From: a virus
Virus record (IMG/VR): IMGVR_UViG_3300008450_000013
Location: 1 to 64,000 of that record
DNA length: 64,000 bases
Reading direction: 5' to 3' (one strand)
The position numbers and the translations under genes are program-made. The notes below the pieces were generated by a model. The model did no database searches and had not been told where the DNA came from. It saw only the letters and a list, made by a program, of their open reading frames with translations. Shown here piece by piece: positions 55,761 to 64,000 of this stretch (positions are counted from its first letter, which is position 1; each line of letters opens with the position of its first letter).

Positions 55761-56015
55761 TTATTTACCACTAAAGAAACCAGTAGCTTTCATAATAGAT
55801 GTAGCTACAGTAATTGCTTTGTTGAAAGCTGTAGCATAGTTCTCTTGACTAACATCTGTGGCAACAGAAGATACGTCTGACAACATCTCTTGCAGCAACT
55901 TCATCTTAGTAGCTCCTTGACCTGAAGTTGGAATTTGTGCTTCCAATACCTTCATTGCTTCAATGATGACTGGGATGAGTTGTAATACTAACTTTAGAAT
56001 ATTTAAAAATGTCAT
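55761..56015 (-). CDS. amphipathic holin-like small protein
   Basis: LKLVLQLIPVIIEAM..LE....SGQGATK pattern; AAGGAG RBS. Confidence 0.55.
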   Translation of the reverse strand: MTFLNILKLVLQLIPVIIEAMKVLEAQIPTSGQGATKMKLLQEMLSDVSSVATDVSQENYATAFNKAITVATSIMKATGFFSGK

Positions 56016-56026
56016 TTTGATTCTCC

Positions 56027-56200
56027 TTAATTAATTAAACCTAAAAGTGCTCCGAGAGGAAACACTAACACGCCGACAATTTTAAATGCAAACTTGGCTG
56101 TCAGCCCACCATCATACATCTGAGTGATTTGGTAGATGTTCATACACCAACCTACAATCACTGTAACCCATAAAACAATCAAGAATAATGCTGTCTTCAT
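56027..56200 (-). CDS. small 2-TM membrane protein (57 aa, below the ORF-track cutoff)
   Basis: AGGAG RBS; GWCMNIYQI...VGVLVFPLGALLG. Confidence 0.6.
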   Translation of the reverse strand: MKTALFLIVLWVTVIVGWCMNIYQITQMYDGGLTAKFAFKIVGVLVFPLGALLGLIN

Positions 56201-56208
56201 AGTTTCTC

Positions 56209-56592
56209 CTAAGATTCAATAATATTATTCAACACTTCAAACTCATCACCAAGAATAATCTTCTCTGCGACTTTCTCAGAAGCTCGTGCTTTAAAGTAAG
56301 CTGTCAAAACTTTCAACTTATCCTTCTCTTCGTACTCACTACCCTTCGCAGCAGCTTCAATAGCCATCTTAATCTCTTTATCGATGGATTTCTTCTCTTG
56401 AATCACTTCACCAGCATTCTCAAACTTCTCTAAGTAAGCTTTAGCAGCATCTTGAGCTTCTTTGACAGCAGCCATGAGGTCTAGATAACCTTCATCTGTC
56501 GCCTTAAAATCTTTTATTAAGTCAGATTTTAAAGCACTCTGACGTAACAGAGTTTGGATTTCTGGATTATATTGTTTAATCTTTTCATTCAT
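56209..56592 (-). CDS. hypothetical coiled-coil protein
   Basis: AAGGAG RBS; 127 aa. Confidence 0.7.
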   Translation of the reverse strand: MNEKIKQYNPEIQTLLRQSALKSDLIKDFKATDEGYLDLMAAVKEAQDAAKAYLEKFENAGEVIQEKKSIDKEIKMAIEAAAKGSEYEEKDKLKVLTAYFKARASEKVAEKIILGDEFEVLNNIIES

Positions 56593-56605
56593 TGTTTAGT
56601 TCTCC

Positions 56606-56794
56606 TTAGTTAGCTTCTTCATACATACTTGGTAAATCTTCTGCTGTGGTTTCTTCCCACTCATCCATACCTTCCCAACGTTCACCATAGCCACACCAAT
56701 TATCCACACCAGCTCCTTGTAGTGCTGTCAGTTCACGACTGTCTGACAACAAACTTAACAGCTCTTGTTCCTCAACTTTGTAATACTTCGTCAT
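56606..56794 (-). CDS. conserved small phage protein (L..L..AGVDNW.GY family)
   Basis: LTALQGAGVDNWCGYGE motif. Confidence 0.7.
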   Translation of the reverse strand: MTKYYKVEEQELLSLLSDSRELTALQGAGVDNWCGYGERWEGMDEWEETTAEDLPSMYEEAN

Positions 56795-56969
56795 TATTTA
56801 TTCTCCTTAGTTAATTTATTACACGTTAAACACTTGCTCTCAACAATGATGGTGTTCCTGTCAGGATTCATATTGACTCCTTCGCTATTGTAAATAGGAG
56901 GGTAATACGCACATGTCATTGTCTGAGCTGTTTGCATTATACGACATTTATATGGTGTTTGACAAGTAT

Positions 56970-57170
56970 TCATTTCTTCAAATCTTCAATAACAGACAAG
57001 AAATATGGTGTAGCATCTGCACCATAATCTTCCTCATCTTCAAACAACAAACGATAGGCTTCATTCATAAACTCATCAGGGGCTTCACGATAACGTCTAT
57101 CCCATTCTGTGAATGCTGCTTGAATTTCTCCTACTGTTAATGTTACTACTGAGTCTTTTGTAATGGTCAT
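56970..57170 (-). CDS. hypothetical phage protein
   Basis: AAGGAG RBS; AFTEWDRRYRE.P..F motif. Confidence 0.65.
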   Translation of the reverse strand: MTITKDSVVTLTVGEIQAAFTEWDRRYREAPDEFMNEAYRLLFEDEEDYGADATPYFLSVIEDLKK

Positions 57171-57335
57171 TATTTCTTCTCCTTAAATGTTTCATAACTA
57201 CGTGTCAAATAGACATCATAGGCTTCAATCAAATCCTTCATAACATCCTTCCAAACCCATTTCCATCCAATGTACAGACAATAACCAACTGTACTTACTA
57301 CAAGCAATCCCCCTACCAATACTGCAAATACCACC

Positions 57336-57593
57336 TCAAAAAAATTCATCTCTGCCCCCTAAGTTTTGTATTGTGATGTATTCCCAACCTGCTAAACCTG
57401 CTTCAATGATATTTGAAGCTTCTGCATCCTCTTCCTGTACACCCTTCCAAATCCAATCAAGTTCTTTAAGTACAATATCTTCGATTGCCTCTTCAGTCAT
57501 AGAATCTGGCACAGCAAACACTTCCTCATTACTGTTGCCTCCAAACTGACCATTCATGTCATACTCACACCACACTTTAATGTATCCCATCAC
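57336..57593 (-). CDS. hypothetical acidic phage protein
   Basis: VWCEYD motif; AGGAGG RBS. Confidence 0.6.
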   Translation of the reverse strand: MMGYIKVWCEYDMNGQFGGNSNEEVFAVPDSMTEEAIEDIVLKELDWIWKGVQEEDAEASNIIEAGLAGWEYITIQNLGGRDEFF

Positions 57594-58015
57594 TCATCCT
57601 CCTTTTTAAATTTACGGTAACAGTTCTTGACGAATACAACAACCCTCTTTACCACTTCCAAACGTTTCAACTCTGACATTGGCATTACAATCTTTGCATG
57701 GTCACTACTCTCAGGAGATATTAGAAAATACTTCCCACAATGGCTCACTTCCGCATGAAACTTGGTGAAATACTTACCGCTACCAATCCTGTTATTCTTA
57801 CTATGCTTACGTCTTTCATTCCACACTTTGAAGCGAAACTTAAACGGGTAGTGAGCTGTATCCTTCGTCTCAAGGATAATAGCTTCAAGAGCATCATACT
57901 CTGAATCAAACACCTTTGCAATACGTTCTCTTGCAAGCCTGTGAGATTCTTTCCACTTCTCTTTGTTCTCAGGGTTCTGCCAGTATTCGGTGCTACGCTT
58001 GTTCATTCTCATCAT
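57590..58015 (-). CDS. hypothetical basic phage protein
   Basis: Packed leftward ORF. Confidence 0.6.
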   Translation of the reverse strand: MMRMNKRSTEYWQNPENKEKWKESHRLARERIAKVFDSEYDALEAIILETKDTAHYPFKFRFKVWNERRKHSKNNRIGSGKYFTKFHAEVSHCGKYFLISPESSDHAKIVMPMSELKRLEVVKRVVVFVKNCYRKFKKEDE

Positions 58016-58193
58016 CCTCTACAAGCTTTAACCATCCTTCTGATACACCTGTAGCTACAACATCATCTGTGTAGTACCTTGTGAAGCCAAATCCACGCTT
58101 GATGATTGTTGTGGGGAGTCCGTCTATTACAGAGTGATAATACTCAAAGATTTCACCTGTGTCAACAAACATTGCTTTCTGTATTTTCTTCAT
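57993..58193 (-). CDS. hypothetical phage protein
   Basis: AGGAG RBS. Confidence 0.6.
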   Translation of the reverse strand: MKKIQKAMFVDTGEIFEYYHSVIDGLPTTIIKRGFGFTRYYTDDVVATGVSEGWLKLVEDDENEQA

Positions 58194-58201
58194 AGATTCT
58201 C

Positions 58202-58390
58202 CTAGCTCATGCGTTTCCAGATTCCTCTGTCCAACAAACTTTCAACTTCTTCAGGGTCGTAGGTAAAACTAGAATTAACAACTCCATTTATAACTGAAGC
58301 TATATCCCAAACGATAAACTCATCTGTGTGACTATCATAATAAGCTTCACATAAAACACCTTCTGAGTCTGTAAATTTCCATGAGTGCAT
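58202..58390 (-). CDS. hypothetical phage protein
   Basis: AGGAG RBS. Confidence 0.6.
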   Translation of the reverse strand: MHSWKFTDSEGVLCEAYYDSHTDEFIVWDIASVINGVVNSSFTYDPEEVESLLDRGIWKRMS

Positions 58391-58472
58391 ATTATTCTCC
58401 TAAGTTGATTGAAGGCTCTATTATGAACGTAGAGCCTTCCTTTTGTCAAGATTTATTCACTACGTTCATGAA

Positions 58473-58694
58473 TTATTTCAACATTTCTTGCAGTCCTTTG
58501 AAACCACCTTGGACATACAATTGAGTGCCTTGGTAGATTTGAGGGAACGAGCGATGACCTTGTGCGACAATGAAATCGAAGGCTTCAAAATCTTCATCAC
58601 AGTTCTTCACGACAAACTCAATACCTTTTGACTTCAATAAGGCTTTAGCACTTTCACATGCAGCACAGTTATTTCTACTATAAACAGTTATCAT
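58473..58694 (-). CDS. glutaredoxin/NrdH-like redoxin
   Basis: VYSRNNCAAC (CxxC), RSFPQIY and GGF; downstream of the RNR genes. Confidence 0.88.
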   Translation of the reverse strand: MITVYSRNNCAACESAKALLKSKGIEFVVKNCDEDFEAFDFIVAQGHRSFPQIYQGTQLYVQGGFKGLQEMLK

Positions 58695-58945
58695 TTATAT
58701 TTCTCCATATCATCTGCTAAAAATCCTAAGTGGTGGTTGTGAGCTGATACTACAGTTTCCATTATATACTCTTTGAACCCATTTAAATCTGTAGTAATTA
58801 AAGGGTTGTCGTGATATTGCGAAGACAAATAACAAGTTAGAATTTCAGCGTTTATGTTTATTAAGTCTATAACGGACATGCCACGGACATTCATGACTTT
58901 CTCACTGTTCTTTAATACCTCTTTGTATTTTTCTGTACTTAACAT
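58691..58945 (-). CDS. hypothetical phage protein
   Basis: Between nrdA and the glutaredoxin. Confidence 0.6.
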   Translation of the reverse strand: MLSTEKYKEVLKNSEKVMNVRGMSVIDLININAEILTCYLSSQYHDNPLITTDLNGFKEYIMETVVSAHNHHLGFLADDMEKYK

Positions 58946-58960
58946 TTATTCCCTTTCTAA

Positions 58961-60736
58961 TTATTGACACGATTCACAAGACTCTGGAACTTCAACTGTT
59001 TCATTTTCATCCAAACCTTCGCGTTTGCCAATCAAGTAATACAAACTCTTAATGTATGGGTCTTTAAAAGCCATTTGATGAATCTTAGAAATATACTCCT
59101 CATTGTGTCTCTTGTCAACAAACAGATTTAAACTAATACCTTGATCTATGCGACGCTGAATCATTGACACTAAGCGAAGAATACTCTCTTGAGGAAGTTC
59201 AAATCCAGTTTTAAACACAGCCTTCTCTTTATCGGTCAACCAACTTACACGTTGAACACTGCCCTTTGCTTTCTCAACATCTGAGATACACTTCTCAATA
59301 TCTAATCCCTTACTCTTAATAAGAGCTAACAGTACAGGAGACACACGAGCAACTTCACCCCCTGCTGTAGATTGAGTGTAACTGAAAGCTACGTCTGCAG
59401 CAACACCCTCACCAATCCCTCCATAAATAGCTGCTGTACTCTTTGTAGGAGCTATACAACGTAAATGGGTATTACGAATACCAAGACCTTCACACCACTC
59501 TGGTTCACCTTCATGTACTGCAAGCATCTTAGAAGCCTTTAGAGTTTCATCTTCAATTGCAGTAAACAGTTCTTTTGCCAATTGATAGGCTTCAACAGAC
59601 TCGTAAGGTAACATCTCTTGTTGGAACAATGTAGACAACCCACCGCAACCCAAACCAATTGGACGACCTTTAATGGCTCCTCGCACAGCTTTCTCAAGTC
59701 CACTAATCTTACTCGCTTCTTCAATAAAATAAGAGTTCACACAATCTAGTAATACGGTAGCTACAAATACAGCGTCTGTATCTTTCCACAACATGTACTT
59801 ACTTGCATTCATCCAACCGAGAGTGCAGATGTAGGTGTGATCTTCGTCTGAATGTAGCATCACTTCCGTACAAAGCTGAGTGGAAGAAACATTTAAGTTA
59901 TTCTTCTCGTATGCAGCTCCTTTTAGTCGGTTAGCTTTATCGGGGAAGTAGTAATAGCCTTTTCCAACCGTACTCTTCACATGCATAGACTTTGCAAATC
60001 GCTTCTGAGCTTCCTTATTACCATGGTCAAGCTTCTCAATAAACTTATCATTGACCTTCCAACCAACATTCAACTTGTCTGGATTGTAGTAGAGGTAGTC
60101 AGCAACCTCGTGGAAATCTTTATGGTGAATATCCATGTAAGATGCACAAGCCCCTCGTCTCGAACTTCCTTGAGATACGTCTGTAGTTACACTGTCCATC
60201 AACTTCATTACAGGAAGAACACCTGTAGCTACACCACCACCTTTGAAGTGACTGCCTCGGTGACGAATGTTACTCACATCTACAGCAGTTCCAAACCCTG
60301 CTTTAGTGAGCAATGCTACTTCTCGTGCAGCGGTGTAAAAGCCATCAACACTATCTTCAATCATGATACCACCAGAACAACTCACAGGGAGTCCACGATC
60401 TGTTCCAGTATTTGCTAATAGCGGAGTAGAGCAAGCAAAGTAACCTTTCCACATGATATCAAAGAACTTCTCTTCCCAATACTGACTTACTTCATTGCGG
60501 TTATGAAAAGCTTCTTTATTGTCATCAACAGGACTAATCATGAATGGTGCATACGCTGCCAATGTTTTTGCAATACGTTTGAACTGTTCTTTAGGATTGG
60601 CTGCTTGGTACAAATACTTCTTGTAAAACAATTGCACACCTGCTGTAGCCATCCACTCAGGGATTGTTCCGTCAATGTGTCCTTGCTTACGAATGTTTGA
60701 ATAATCTTCGTAATTTAGTTCTTTCTTTTTACTCAT
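58961..60736 (-). CDS. nrdA: class I ribonucleotide reductase alpha subunit (short, no ATP cone)
   Basis: STP.LAN.G, PVSC, RRGA.A.Y, QLCTE, RPIGLG, IAPT.ST, DQGIS.NL, KSLYY, C-terminal CESCQ. Confidence 0.93.
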   Translation of the reverse strand: MSKKKELNYEDYSNIRKQGHIDGTIPEWMATAGVQLFYKKYLYQAANPKEQFKRIAKTLAAYAPFMISPVDDNKEAFHNRNEVSQYWEEKFFDIMWKGYFACSTPLLANTGTDRGLPVSCSGGIMIEDSVDGFYTAAREVALLTKAGFGTAVDVSNIRHRGSHFKGGGVATGVLPVMKLMDSVTTDVSQGSSRRGACASYMDIHHKDFHEVADYLYYNPDKLNVGWKVNDKFIEKLDHGNKEAQKRFAKSMHVKSTVGKGYYYFPDKANRLKGAAYEKNNLNVSSTQLCTEVMLHSDEDHTYICTLGWMNASKYMLWKDTDAVFVATVLLDCVNSYFIEEASKISGLEKAVRGAIKGRPIGLGCGGLSTLFQQEMLPYESVEAYQLAKELFTAIEDETLKASKMLAVHEGEPEWCEGLGIRNTHLRCIAPTKSTAAIYGGIGEGVAADVAFSYTQSTAGGEVARVSPVLLALIKSKGLDIEKCISDVEKAKGSVQRVSWLTDKEKAVFKTGFELPQESILRLVSMIQRRIDQGISLNLFVDKRHNEEYISKIHQMAFKDPYIKSLYYLIGKREGLDENETVEVPESCESCQ

Positions 60737-61728
60737 TGCACTTTCTCCTCAATCTTCCAACCAAACTTATTCTCTGTAAAGCGTGAACTGTACTCTCGTC
60801 CGAGGGTGTTAAAGAAATCATTGGCTACATACCCTTTGATCTTATCTCCAAACCATTTTTCAACAGGGTTCTCAATCTCCGCAATATCAAAGATAGGGTC
60901 AATACCGAAGTTATTTAGGCAGTAGTTCAAACGAGACTTGATAAACACTTTAAACTGTTCTTTCGTGATACCTCGTAAAACACCCTTCTCATGGAACTTC
61001 TCAATGATTGCATCTTCGTGTTCGTATAATCTAACTGCTGCTTCTTGAATCTTAGAGAACAATTCTGCTTTGACTTCCTTACCTAATTTTGATTCTTTCA
61101 AGTCCTGATTGAATAAGTAAGCTCCTGCTTCATGGTGAAGGTTTTCGTCTAACGCAGATTGGTTAATTCCTGCGCCAAAGTTAACTAGTAGATTATGTCC
61201 GTTACTATTAAATGATTTGAACAACGCAAAGCTACTAAATAAAATTGCACCCTCCATCATACTAAATACAGCTAGTGCCAATCTATCATCATCTGAATCA
61301 ATAAAACTATTCAAGTAATCCATGCGGGAACTCAGAATAGGGTCTTCAATGTAACTCTCCCAAAACTCATCTGTATCCAAACCGAGTTGTGTATTCAATG
61401 CTTGGTAGAACGGACTATGAACTGCCAACTCTACCATGCCAAATGTTGCTGATAAACGCTCTACTTCTGGGCGTGGAAACATATTCATCACTCGATTCAT
61501 CCAGAACTCGTTACCAACAAAGCTCTCATACTTAACAAACAATTTAGCTGCAGTTAAGACAGCATGTTTTTCAGCTTCTGTGAGTTCTGTTAAGAATTGG
61601 TGCTTATCTTTTTCTACTTGAATTTCTTTCCAACGCCAGTAAAATTCATTCAGTTGTAAGTCTGCAAACTCTACAAGCTTAGGATATTTAATTGTAAAGC
61701 TATTTGTAGGTTCTCGTAATTTTGTCAT
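60733..61728 (-). CDS. nrdB: class I ribonucleotide reductase beta subunit
   Basis: W...EI...D, E..VH..FY, EG..LFSSFA, DE.LH and NDFF...GREY. Confidence 0.93.
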   Translation of the reverse strand: MTKLREPTNSFTIKYPKLVEFADLQLNEFYWRWKEIQVEKDKHQFLTELTEAEKHAVLTAAKLFVKYESFVGNEFWMNRVMNMFPRPEVERLSATFGMVELAVHSPFYQALNTQLGLDTDEFWESYIEDPILSSRMDYLNSFIDSDDDRLALAVFSMMEGAILFSSFALFKSFNSNGHNLLVNFGAGINQSALDENLHHEAGAYLFNQDLKESKLGKEVKAELFSKIQEAAVRLYEHEDAIIEKFHEKGVLRGITKEQFKVFIKSRLNYCLNNFGIDPIFDIAEIENPVEKWFGDKIKGYVANDFFNTLGREYSSRFTENKFGWKIEEKVQ

Positions 61729-61954
61729 ATTTCCCTTTCTAATTATTTTCAGAGTCGAACAGATATTCTACCACCCAACTCTGAAATTTGCAACTGTGGT
61801 TTGTTAAAGCACAAACTGTCATGCACATACAACAATATACCCATCTTGTGTAACATGTAACGTAGCTTCAGGGTGTTCTTCCAACACACTAACTAACGTC
61901 TTTATGATGTTAGCAACCTTCGCACCTGAATTGCAATAGTATATTTGTTTGTGA

Positions 61955-62491
61955 TTATTGTTTTCCATTCACACCCTCCTGCCATTCGTAGAAGCTTTTC
62001 ACTCCTCCATTAGCTCCTGTATAAGTTCCTCGGATGTCGTACACAAGTTTGTTAAGTAGATTGATTTGATCTTCGACTTCCTTATAGTCTGGCTCAAACA
62101 AACTGTCATATTCCCTATCACTGTCAGCATCCTCTTCTGCATTCTTGCCATAAGCAAAGCTACCCCCTGATAATTTTTGCATTTCTTGATGCAAACTAAC
62201 ATCTTTAGATAAATGACAAAGAGTAAGAAGTTCTGGTGTACAAGCTATACTGTCACGGAAAGACTTATCACTTCTCAAGTCTCCACTTAAAACATATCCA
62301 ACTACGACCTTACCCAAAATGTTCTTATGCTTCGCTGCAAAATAATGATAGCCACTTGTGACATCAAGACCTACTGTTCTTGCTTGATTCAACACTCGTT
62401 CATCGTTTTTAATTTGAATTAGTTCTACTTCATTCATCTCTTTAAATTCATCTACTTTCAGAATGTCTGATACGCTAAGTGAAAACATCAA
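61955..62491 (-). CDS. conserved hypothetical phage protein
   Basis: GGAGG RBS; 178 aa. Confidence 0.7.
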   Translation of the reverse strand: MMFSLSVSDILKVDEFKEMNEVELIQIKNDERVLNQARTVGLDVTSGYHYFAAKHKNILGKVVVGYVLSGDLRSDKSFRDSIACTPELLTLCHLSKDVSLHQEMQKLSGGSFAYGKNAEEDADSDREYDSLFEPDYKEVEDQINLLNKLVYDIRGTYTGANGGVKSFYEWQEGVNGKQ

Positions 62492-63072
62492 ACACCTCCA
62501 GCTAAGAATCCTACCACTTCAAATCCTTTGAGATTAACAGGAACAAAGTTGGTTGGTTTGCGAATCTTTCCAGTCTCAATATCTTTGAATACCCAAACTC
62601 CAAACCGATCATCAGAATGTTTAGTGGTATTTGGTGGTTGGACGTCGTGTTTTACTTTAGCTACTACTCTCCCTTGTTCTGGAGTATGCGATACAGTGTA
62701 TTCAATTGGTGGAAACTTCTGTAAGTTATTTTCATTCACCTTCTTCAAAGCGCCTGCCACATCGAAGCCAGCGCATTCAAGCTTCTGCACAAGTCCTGAC
62801 ACTGTTACGAACAAGTCACAGGCTGCATCTAACACCTCTACATTTGGGTCGTAGTCATCTAAGTTTTCATCCTCGTAAGCAGTCCATTCACTTCGCGGAG
62901 TTAGTCCACGTTCTACTGCGTCAACACCCTCTACCAACTCTTCATAGATAAAACCCAACTGATTGTCAATGCTCTCTGGAGTTACACTGTCTAAATTTCC
63001 AGCTATCGAGTTAAATAGCTTCACATTCTTGTAAGCTTCTTGAATTGTATCTTCCATTGTATTGTAGCTCAT
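62488..63072 (-). CDS. MazG-like/all-alpha NTP pyrophosphohydrolase
   Basis: EELVE...EVLDA.CD, V.E.NL.KF and GKIRKP..F motifs. Confidence 0.78.
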   Translation of the reverse strand: MSYNTMEDTIQEAYKNVKLFNSIAGNLDSVTPESIDNQLGFIYEELVEGVDAVERGLTPRSEWTAYEDENLDDYDPNVEVLDAACDLFVTVSGLVQKLECAGFDVAGALKKVNENNLQKFPPIEYTVSHTPEQGRVVAKVKHDVQPPNTTKHSDDRFGVWVFKDIETGKIRKPTNFVPVNLKGFEVVGFLAGGV

Positions 63073-63073
63073 A

Positions 63074-63586
63074 TTATTCTTCCTTTTCTGTAATTTCTTC
63101 TACATTAATCACTTGCACATTATCTACGCACCAATTATCACCCTCTTGTTCGACAAATCGCATAAGCGTATCAACAGCTCCAAGTGATGTGTCTTCATAG
63201 TGTACGTCTATTGTGCAGCTTACTCTAAAAGTTTTATTCATTTGTTTTCTCTCCTCATAAATACTACTGATTATCTCTATCCAACTACCTTGTTTATCAT
63301 CTACAAGTACACCTGAGAAGTAATCTGTATTATACTCATCCTCAATTTTAAATTGGTATATCTTAGACCCTCTTATAAAATGACTTGGAAATAATTCACT
63401 ATGGATATTTATAAATCCGTTATTTACTCCTCCCATTACTTTTTGGATAGGAGGATACTGTCTTTCATTTTCTCCAACCACAAAATTACTTGTAATCAAA
63501 TCATATTCTAAAGTTTTGTACTCATTAATATCTACAGGGTGTTTTTCTGAGAAAGCCGCTGATATATTCATAATTATTTCTCCCAA
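63074..63586 (-). CDS. hypothetical phage protein
   Basis: 170-aa ORF. Confidence 0.55.
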   Translation of the reverse strand: MGEIIMNISAAFSEKHPVDINEYKTLEYDLITSNFVVGENERQYPPIQKVMGGVNNGFINIHSELFPSHFIRGSKIYQFKIEDEYNTDYFSGVLVDDKQGSWIEIISSIYEERKQMNKTFRVSCTIDVHYEDTSLGAVDTLMRFVEQEGDNWCVDNVQVINVEEITEKEE

Positions 63587-63798
63587 CGAATGTCTATTCC
63601 AAACTTATTTGAAAAACTAACAGCATCATGTTCATTGTAAAACTCGCAGATTCTGTTTGCGTTGTCATCATATAAGCACCCAATAAATCTAATCTCATTG
63701 TTGTTTGGTAATAGTACAACAACAGCTCTTGCGTAAATATTTATCACCATAACACCTCCTTGTCCACCAATGTTGGACGTTATGTTTTGTTGGACAGA

Positions 63799-63987
63799 TT
63801 AAAACACACATTCACAAGGTTTAGCATCTTCTTCATTCTCTATAGCTTTAAACTCACGTTTAACTCTGGCAAAGAATGTAACACCTTTCTCGTGCTCTGT
63901 AGTCTTAAATCCCATTTGTTTCATCTTCTCAAAGTCCTGCTCTACTTCATCTAAGTACCAATCTTTGTGAATACTGTATCCTATCAC
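63799..63987 (-). CDS. probable C-terminal part of a gene entering from beyond the window
   Basis: Frame appears open to the window edge; ends KPCECVF. Confidence 0.45.
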   Translation of the reverse strand: MIGYSIHKDWYLDEVEQDFEKMKQMGFKTTEHEKGVTFFARVKREFKAIENEEDAKPCECVF

Positions 63988-64000
63988 ATCTTCAGCTAGT

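Overview
The window is an AT-rich segment of a large, apparently lytic tailed-phage genome with siphovirus-type morphogenesis genes and no tail sheath; no host chromosomal DNA is evident. A Gram-negative (proteobacterial) host is inferred from DUF4214-like motifs and the lysis genes. From left to right: (i) leftward small ORFs with a serine recombinase and a HAD phosphatase; (ii) a ~480-nt, strongly G-U-paired non-coding transcript with its own sigma70 promoter and terminator (4.7-5.2 kb); (iii) rightward small ORFs, including a compositionally distinct 8.0-12.6 kb block that looks like a terminal repeat or pre-early region and ends in clustered DnaA boxes and PdhR/FadR-like operators; (iv) a leftward block with a macrodomain + Adps + Namat (NARP1-type NAD+ reconstitution) operon, two paralogous DNA methyltransferases, a GIY-YIG-type endonuclease, a ClpP-like protease and PhoH; (v) the rightward packaging, head, tail and lysis module (26.9-55.7 kb), in which terL is split inside its Walker A motif by an ORF-less group I intron that appears to end in A rather than the canonical G; (vi) leftward nucleotide-metabolism genes (glutaredoxin, class I RNR alpha and beta, MazG-like). 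The best novelty candidates are the large orphan ncRNA, the omega-A terL intron, an anti-Shine-Dalgarno-displaying hairpin in the terL leader, the host-regulator binding-site array, and an unusual lysis region. All calls come from reading the sequence; no database searches were run.
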